Part shown: piece after piece, positions 57,633-64,000 of the stretch
How the letters are laid out: each line of letters begins with the position of its first letter
Position numbering within the stretch: position 1 is the first letter of the stretch
DNA from: a virus
Taxonomy: Duplodnaviria > Caudoviricetes
Direction: 5' to 3' (one strand)
Virus record (IMG/VR): IMGVR_UViG_3300031998_000006
Span: 128,001-192,000 of that record
Length of the DNA: 64,000 bases
Position numbers and translations under genes: made by a program
Notes under the pieces: generated by a model
What the model saw: the letters and a program-made list of their open reading frames with translations, nothing else
Databases searched by the model: none
Told to the model about the DNA's origin: nothing

Positions 57633-58244
57633 CTAATCTCTGGCGTCACGGACCAAGCGGACACAATACCTACAAGTGTCCGGAACGATATTGGTAACGA
57701 ACGGGTAGTCCTTCGTTCCGTTCACGATGTCCACATACTGGCAATCGTTAGGGCGGTCATTGTCGAACAGAAAGGCATTGATATGCTTAAACTTATTCCG
57801 GTTGGAATGCTTGAACAAATTGCTGACATCGTAGAAAGTAGGAACTCGCCATCCGAGCGGAATGGTTGCCACAATTCGCTTTGCCGATTCGAGGGTGTAC
57901 AGATAGCCATACTCCCCACTCGTAGCGGTAACATCGTCCTTGCCATCGGTAAGGCAAAGGTTGGTGCTTGCCCATTCAAGGTTGCCGATGCGGACGCTCT
58001 GCAAAACCATGAGAGAAGCCATTTCCCTCACAGTGATTCGTGTAGGCTCAACGTGCTTGGTAGCTTCACGTATCTGTTCGGCTGCTTTCTTGAAGGCTTT
58101 CAACGAAAAACCGTCATCCTTCCAACGGTTATGGGCTGTTAGCTTGTCTATAGTCTTCTTGCTTTCCTTGGGTATCATAGTTAATCTCCCTTGTCCGCAA
58201 TGCATAGGTAGAGCATACCCACCGCACCTAGGACAAACGCACAT
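57633..58244 (-). CDS. FISUMP-like protein
   Basis: IGNLEWASTNL, YGYLYT, GWRVPT, CVRLVRD. Confidence 0.75.
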   Translation of the reverse strand: MCVCPRCGGYALPMHCGQGRLTMIPKESKKTIDKLTAHNRWKDDGFSLKAFKKAAEQIREATKHVEPTRITVREMASLMVLQSVRIGNLEWASTNLCLTDGKDDVTATSGEYGYLYTLESAKRIVATIPLGWRVPTFYDVSNLFKHSNRNKFKHINAFLFDNDRPNDCQYVDIVNGTKDYPFVTNIVPDTCRYCVRLVRDARD

Positions 58245-58283
58245 AAATAAAGTAATGCCTTTTTCAACAACTTGACCATAGTG

Positions 58284-58956
58284 TTACTTTATCGGGGCTA
58301 TGGCTTCGTAGGAATAGGCAAAAGTCTTGTGGTCATCCGTATGGCAACCGGCACAGCCATTGAGCCACCCGGCATCCCTAGCCAAGTCTGCCATTATCTT
58401 CTCGTTCACGACCTTGCGGAGTTCTTCTTCCGTAAGCTCCGCACTACTGGCATTTACCTTGATAGCAAACTCGATGGACATTATGAAATCAATCTTCGAT
58501 GGCATCCTCAATGCACCTCACTAGATTCGGTATCAATAAGCCATTCCTGTTCGGGGAGAACAGTGATAGTCTTCGTAATCTGTTCTAGAGAAACATCCTT
58601 GATATGAGCATTTCTCTTTGCACCCGTAGCAAAAACACGGGCAGACTTGTAATCGCCAAACTTCTTTTCTCCGCGTTCGTTATAGAACTCGTTGAAATAG
58701 GAAACAACATATTCGTTGACGGTATCAGGCATAATGGCTAACCCCTTGGACCTATGCTCTTGTCGAACCAGTCCGATGTAGGAATGATATTGAAACTCTT
58801 GCGAACCTCATACAAAGAGATGTTCTTGTTTCCAGCCGTTGCAAGACGGTTGGCATTATCCTTTGCGGTCTTGAGGGTATGAAATTCCTCAAACAAATTT
58901 TCGTGAGGAACATTCACGGATGTCCACTCAAGACGATAGCAGATTTCTTCTCGCAT
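58284..58956 (-). CDS. three small hypothetical genes
   Basis: 72-75 aa coupled ORFs. Confidence 0.6.
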
Positions 58957-59534
58957 TAGAAGCTGTACTCCTTGTCAGCATCGATTTCAGTACCAGCAAC
59001 ATCTCCAACCATCAGCACTTGCACACCCATCTTTTCTACGAGTGTGGAAAGCACCCTTCCGAGTTCCTTTCGTGGCTTGATGTACTCGCCATCACGGAGA
59101 TGCTTGAAGGGTTCGTCCAAGAGAAGCAACGGGCGCTTGCCAGCCAACCTCATACAGCCCACACGGAGGGCGAAGCTGACCGTATCGACAACGCCACCGC
59201 CAGAAGAGTCCAACGGGTTGAGTTCAGCCTTGTCCTTGCAGATACGGAACTCCGCATCCACCTTGCCCCTCTTCGGAACGAAATTCACGTGGAAGGCGTA
59301 GCCCGGAAAGAGCAAGTCGATGCAGTTCTGCACGATGTTCTCCACGGCATCCTTGAGCTGGTCTTGCGTCTTGGATGCAACATCCTGCAAGAGTGCAAGA
59401 GCCTTTTTCTGCTTGTCCAGAGTAATCGTGGAAGCATCCAAGGACTTCCGCTTCGTCGCAAGCGAATCCGTGGCGATGTCCAGTCTTGCACGACCGTTAG
59501 ACACCTTTTTCTGTAAATCTTGAATTGAGAGCAT
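58956..59534 (-). CDS. Rad50/SbcC C-terminal half (signature, Walker B)
   Basis: DSSGGG, LLLDEPFKHL. Confidence 0.85.
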   Translation of the reverse strand: MLSIQDLQKKVSNGRARLDIATDSLATKRKSLDASTITLDKQKKALALLQDVASKTQDQLKDAVENIVQNCIDLLFPGYAFHVNFVPKRGKVDAEFRICKDKAELNPLDSSGGGVVDTVSFALRVGCMRLAGKRPLLLLDEPFKHLRDGEYIKPRKELGRVLSTLVEKMGVQVLMVGDVAGTEIDADKEYSF

Positions 59535-59777
59535 TTAGACTCCGGCTTCGGTAAGCAACTTGTCCGCTGCGGTAAGGTAGGCTTCCTGTGCGGTCTTGTG
59601 TTCTTCAAGTTCCTTCTGCATCTGTTCCATCAAGTCTTCGGCTTCTTCAAGGGAGGACACATTGAACTCACGCTTCCAGTTTTCCTCGATTGCCTGCTTC
59701 TGCCCTTCGGCTCTGGACTTTTCGCTCTTGAGCTTGTCAATACGGGCCTTGATGTTTTCCAAATCAATAGTTGCCAT
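59535..59777 (-). CDS. small coiled-coil protein
   Basis: Start MATIDLENIKARIDKLK; lies between Mre11 and the Rad50 C-half. Confidence 0.7.
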   Translation of the reverse strand: MATIDLENIKARIDKLKSEKSRAEGQKQAIEENWKREFNVSSLEEAEDLMEQMQKELEEHKTAQEAYLTAADKLLTEAGV

Positions 59778-59817
59778 AATAGTTTTTCCTTTTGGTTTGT
59801 AATTATATAAACGGATT

Positions 59818-60753
59818 CTAGGTCTTGTCCGGGTTGTAGGCGTCAAGAACCTTCTGTGTTTCTGCACGAACATCCTTGTCCTTTTCCTTGGACATAGCTT
59901 CTTCCACATTTGCGATGAAGTCGAGATGCGGAACTTCAAATGCTTGCAGACCCTCCATATAAGTTTCAAGGGATTGACGGGATTCCCTCTTCGGGTCCGG
60001 ATGAACCTTGCCGAACTTCTTGAGTGGAACTTCCTTGATGGAGAAGTCGGAAGTGTCTAGGATATAGACACGGGGCTTGTAGTCTGCCATATCCGATGCT
60101 TGAATGTTAAGGCATCCGCAAGTGACCACCTTCGCATTCTTGAACTCACGGATGTAACCGTGATGATAGTCGCCGGTCAAAATTAACGAAGCATTAGAAC
60201 GCTTCAAGAGGTCTTCTGCAATGATACCAATGTCCGTCAGCGGAGTTCCGTTGCTAGAGTGAGGACGGGCGTCATTATCCGGGAATACGAGTTCGTGAAC
60301 ACACCAGATGTCGCAATCTGGAATCTTTTCCGGTACAGCCCCGAACGGATAGGCTTCAAGAAGGGTCTGTACATTCTCGTGGTTGACCAAATCAAACCAC
60401 GAACTCGAACGGAGTTCAGTCACGTTGTCCAACGAGAAGATTGTTCCGATTGTGGACTTGGACACATTTTCGTATTGATGCTGGAGTTCATCATGGTTTC
60501 CTACAAGCACACGGACCGGAGTCTTTCCGAAGCCCCTCAAGAGGTTCAATGCCTGCACGGTTGCTTCCGTAGATGTCCTTGCACGATGGAAGAGGTCGCC
60601 AAGAATCCACACTTCATCGCAATGCTCTTCTTCCACGATTGGATAAAGCTGTTCCACAGATTGCTTCTGTTCTTCAAGCCAATTATCGGGGTCAACTCGA
60701 CAAATAGGTGCATCTCCACGAAGATGCCAGTCTGCTGTTAGTAAACAACGCAT
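59818..60753 (-). CDS. Mre11/SbcD-like nuclease
   Basis: ADWH, GDLFH, GNHD, GDYH. Confidence 0.88.
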   Translation of the reverse strand: MRCLLTADWHLRGDAPICRVDPDNWLEEQKQSVEQLYPIVEEEHCDEVWILGDLFHRARTSTEATVQALNLLRGFGKTPVRVLVGNHDELQHQYENVSKSTIGTIFSLDNVTELRSSSWFDLVNHENVQTLLEAYPFGAVPEKIPDCDIWCVHELVFPDNDARPHSSNGTPLTDIGIIAEDLLKRSNASLILTGDYHHGYIREFKNAKVVTCGCLNIQASDMADYKPRVYILDTSDFSIKEVPLKKFGKVHPDPKRESRQSLETYMEGLQAFEVPHLDFIANVEEAMSKEKDKDVRAETQKVLDAYNPDKT

Positions 60754-61268
60754 TAACGTAGTTCCTTCTTGTAAAAGTCCTTTTCGGATTCCATCACTTC
60801 GATAGAAACGATGCCACACGAACCACGCCTAACGGGGGTACTATCGGAGATGCCAAGTTCCTTCTTCTTCAAGCCCAGGAACTTAATGGCAAGTTCTTCA
60901 TCCGTGAAATACCAAGATTTTTCACCGAACGGAGTAGCTGTGGGGCTATTATTGATAAATACCTTATATTCTGTCTTCATAATTTATCCTGCATTGAAAC
61001 TTGCGTGAACCACAACCGCCTGCTTATCCGTAGGCAATGTGTAAATTCCGATTTCTGTAATCTCTTCTACCTTGTGCGAAAGAAAGAAGTCCTTCCTATA
61101 ACTTACGATGTCACCGCTATCACGGAGTTTTGAACCATCAGCGGTGAACTTATCGAAAACTCCATCGTTAATCAAGTCAACTAGCTTGGCACGGGATTCA
61201 CAAGCGATTACCGCTGAATCGTATGTGTCATATTCAAACTGGTTAGTTTCAACCAAAAACAGCTTCAT
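60753..61268 (-). CDS. two small hypothetical genes (60753-60980, 60984-61268)
   Basis: Consecutive ORFs. Confidence 0.6.
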
Positions 61269-61280
61269 AAAAAGTCCTAG

Positions 61281-61344
61281 AAAAGAAAAAGTGGCATCCC
61301 CTTATCTTTAAGACAACCACATCCGAGGAACAAGGGGATGCCAC
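61281..61344 (-). terminator. 13-bp stem terminator with 28-nt loop (candidate sRNA 3' end)
   Basis: GTGGCATCCCCTT/AAGGGGATGCCAC followed by TTTTTCTTTT. Confidence 0.7.
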
Positions 61345-61448
61345 GAGAAAGTTCTAAAATTAAAGCAATAAAACTTATCTATCTGGCAAAATATTACATA
61401 CTAATATAGTAATTTTGTCGTTCCAAAGATAGCAAATATATAATCCCA

Positions 61449-62744
61449 TTAAACAAAAACGTGATATATCCACTTTTGCTTATGATAGATTTTACTCAAG
61501 ACTGCGTTTCCAACATAGTCGGATAGCAGGAAACGATATTTGAGTTTCGCTTCTTTAACTTTCTGGAATAGTTTCTTCCAAGTTTTCACTCCATCAAGTG
61601 TTTGCTTCCATCGCTCATCTTGAGTTTCAACGCTGAACTTGGGGTAGAACCACCCCTTTTCAAATTTCTTGTATGCCCTGCGAGCTATTTCAATGCTTGC
61701 CGCAACCATATCGGGAGTATTCTCATTGCCGTATGCAAAGTTACCCACAATAGAGGAATACGCCGGATTGACCTCAACCAACTCGTACTTGTGTATGTTG
61801 GCAAGCATTTTGATTTTATTTACGAATAATTTTCGCTTCCATTTATTATTACATAATATATTTATATTCTTACCTTTATGTTTATTTGCGGGTGCTATAC
61901 TTAACTCCTCAATAGCGAGTTTAGAACATTTCCAGTAATCCAGCAACTTGTTAATCTTATGAGCTATCGCTATTGTTTCGTGTTTCAACTTATTCAAGTA
62001 ATACTTAGATTTTGAATCCGAAGAATATTTCCCATTAGGCTTTGTAAGGGCTGTAAGGTCATACACCTCTTTATGCAAGACCTGAAATTCATCATTCTTA
62101 CCAAACTCGATAACTGATACCCCGATGTAGTTGGGGTTCATATCTATGCCGAGAACACGATTAATTTTTAAGCCCTTGTAGGTTTCGTTATGAATTAAAG
62201 TTTCATCATACGTTAAAAATATATGGGTATCAGTAATTTTTACAGTTATAGGTATTTTATTTTGATTTGCTAATTCCTGTACAATAGAAAGTTCGTGAGC
62301 CAGTTTCTTTTTTAAGGGGCAGAATTTAATCTCCTTATGCACACCACGAGAAGGCTTATATATAATAACTTGATTGCCTAAATCAAACTCAAATAACCTA
62401 TTACCCGCATACTGACTTTCGCCGACGCTACATAACGGATGCATTCTATGTTGCTTAAACTGTTCTTTAGTAATATAGCCCTTTAAATATCGCTTTAAAT
62501 TATATTTACCACCGAACAATATAGGCTTTCCGCTACTAGACAAAAATAACCCTTGAGCTTCCTTTGTTGCCGAGGAAGCTAACCAACAATTTACACCAAA
62601 AATTTCCTTAATCTTATGCCAGGTATCATTCCCAGAACATCCTTCTTGCAACCGTTTATAAGCCATACGAAACATACTACTATACACACGAATATCATCG
62701 TGTATATCAGGGCTATTTACTATGGCTAATTTTAAAGTCTTCAT
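61449..62744 (-). CDS. TnpB-related RuvC protein without zinc finger, copy C
   Basis: GIDMNP, LAIEEL, VNPAYSS, PDMVAAS; promoter TTGACA-17-TATATT at 62751-62779. Confidence 0.8.
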   Translation of the reverse strand: MKTLKLAIVNSPDIHDDIRVYSSMFRMAYKRLQEGCSGNDTWHKIKEIFGVNCWLASSATKEAQGLFLSSSGKPILFGGKYNLKRYLKGYITKEQFKQHRMHPLCSVGESQYAGNRLFEFDLGNQVIIYKPSRGVHKEIKFCPLKKKLAHELSIVQELANQNKIPITVKITDTHIFLTYDETLIHNETYKGLKINRVLGIDMNPNYIGVSVIEFGKNDEFQVLHKEVYDLTALTKPNGKYSSDSKSKYYLNKLKHETIAIAHKINKLLDYWKCSKLAIEELSIAPANKHKGKNINILCNNKWKRKLFVNKIKMLANIHKYELVEVNPAYSSIVGNFAYGNENTPDMVAASIEIARRAYKKFEKGWFYPKFSVETQDERWKQTLDGVKTWKKLFQKVKEAKLKYRFLLSDYVGNAVLSKIYHKQKWIYHVFV

Positions 62745-62827
62745 ATTGCAAATATACATTATGGTAGCATAATTGTCAAGACCATCTAACAATTTTTTTT
62801 TTAATAGCGTAAAATTAACAATGTCTG

Positions 62828-62856
62828 TTGACAATTTCTAGGTAATCAGTTATATT
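62828..62856 (+). promoter_or_regulatory. divergent sigma70-type promoter at the strand switch
   Basis: TTGACA-17-TATATT. Confidence 0.75.
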
Positions 62857-63072
62857 ATGGTTATGACAAAGCAGCCACATACCGACGACATCACGGGCAT
62901 CATCGCCATGCTTCCCGAAGACAAGCGGAAGCTCTTCCTAAACACTCTCTACTCTATAGCCCGAACAGCTATTGATGCCCGATGCGGAGAACTGCAAATT
63001 ATGGATATTGAAATCCTGCAATCCCTAGAAGCCGAAAGTAACGCTATATTTGAAGAGTGGATTTTTAAATAG
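62857..63072 (+). CDS. hypothetical protein
   Basis: ORF right after the promoter. Confidence 0.55.
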   Translation: MVMTKQPHTDDITGIIAMLPEDKRKLFLNTLYSIARTAIDARCGELQIMDIEILQSLEAESNAIFEEWIFK

Positions 63073-63118
63073 AACGAAAATTAGTTAAATTAAGTAGTAT
63101 AAGACCAAAGAGGATATT

Positions 63119-63385
63119 ATGCCGAAATTAAAAATTAAAATTCACGAAAAATCCACGGATTTACTTGAAACCACCAAACAATTCCAGGACGCATTGGAAT
63201 ATGCCTACCATAACTTTAATGGTAAAGTGTTCCTTGATGAAATGCGGAGTATCGCAAATAAGGAAAGAACTTATAGCGACACCGCTTCATGGGAACAAAA
63301 AAGTGTTACACCCGTAATTGACCGCCTTAAAGAAGCAATGTCTGCCTTTGCTACTACCTTGCATCATAGTATAGATGCCCTATAA
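63119..63385 (+). CDS. hypothetical protein with LKIKIHE N-terminus
   Basis: SD GAGGA; N-terminal motif shared with the next gene. Confidence 0.7.
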   Translation: MPKLKIKIHEKSTDLLETTKQFQDALEYAYHNFNGKVFLDEMRSIANKERTYSDTASWEQKSVTPVIDRLKEAMSAFATTLHHSIDAL

Positions 63386-63399
63386 GGAGAAATTAAGAT

Positions 63400-63696
63400 A
63401 TGTCAAGACTCAAAATCAAGGTACACGAAGCCTTTGGTGGTCCTAGCACACCAAAAGAACTTAAAGACGAATTGGAAAAAGTTGTTTCCGATTTCAGCAA
63501 ATTTATCGGAGAACACAAGGGATATGACCGCTATGAGGGCAAGATTGCTTACTATATAGCAGACTTGGGGTTCGGTAGTACCGAAGAGGACAAGAATGAA
63601 GCACTTGATGTAATTGACTTGCTTCGTAATGAACTGTTACAGCTCCGTGGGATGATTGAGGACACCCCTATTCCCGAAAGCACCACGGAAGACTAA
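63400..63696 (+). CDS. hypothetical protein with LKIKVHE N-terminus
   Basis: SD AGGAG; N-terminal motif shared with the previous gene. Confidence 0.7.
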   Translation: MSRLKIKVHEAFGGPSTPKELKDELEKVVSDFSKFIGEHKGYDRYEGKIAYYIADLGFGSTEEDKNEALDVIDLLRNELLQLRGMIEDTPIPESTTED

Positions 63697-64000
63697 AGGA
63701 CACTTTCACCCGTGCAGACGCTCTATATCCCCAAATACGATATTCACTATAGAGTAAACCCAAAAAACTCCTGTGAATTGCAGTGGTCAAAAAAACCATT
63801 CGGCCCTCTTACCGCTTGGCAACACGCCTATACATTCAATAATCCAATTAGAGCTTTAGACACGGACGATAAGACCGGTCAAGGCGTAGTTGTATTGAAT
63901 GACAGCACCACCTATGTAGGCTCTGGTGTTCGTGTATGGGGCAGAAAGTTCTATACGGCTGGTTCTCGCATTTATAGCCTATATGCTATTGGAGAATCAA

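Overview
A 64-kb segment of a large lytic dsDNA bacteriophage, almost all encoded on the minus strand; the strand switches at about 62.8 kb. Two FISUMP-like (Fibrobacter succinogenes major paralogous) proteins suggest a Fibrobacter-like host (inference). The window holds a replication and recombination module (UDG-PolA, two beta-clamp-like proteins, DnaX-like clamp loader, DnaB-like helicase, primase, intein-containing SNF2 helicase, gp32-like SSB, RecA/UvsX, UvsY-like protein, split Rad50 with Mre11), a sigma-factor-like gene, an amidase endolysin, 3 tRNAs plus one tRNA-like RNA, 2 non-autonomous IS605-type TnpB elements, 3 bare TnpB-like genes and many small genes. The outstanding feature (21.8-30.1 kb) is a C5-cytosine methyltransferase split into an N-terminal catalytic gene (motifs I-VIII, with an intein) and a separate C-terminal gene (motifs IX-X). 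Between them lies a tandem library of 16 intact stand-alone 52-64 aa genes and one IS-disrupted gene resembling target-recognition domains (TRDs), most ending in an ILEYEE-like tag; two more such genes lie upstream. This suggests a multispecific methyltransferase with interchangeable specificity peptides. About half of the cassettes are below the ORF-track cutoff and were translated by hand. All family assignments come from motif recognition, not database searches.
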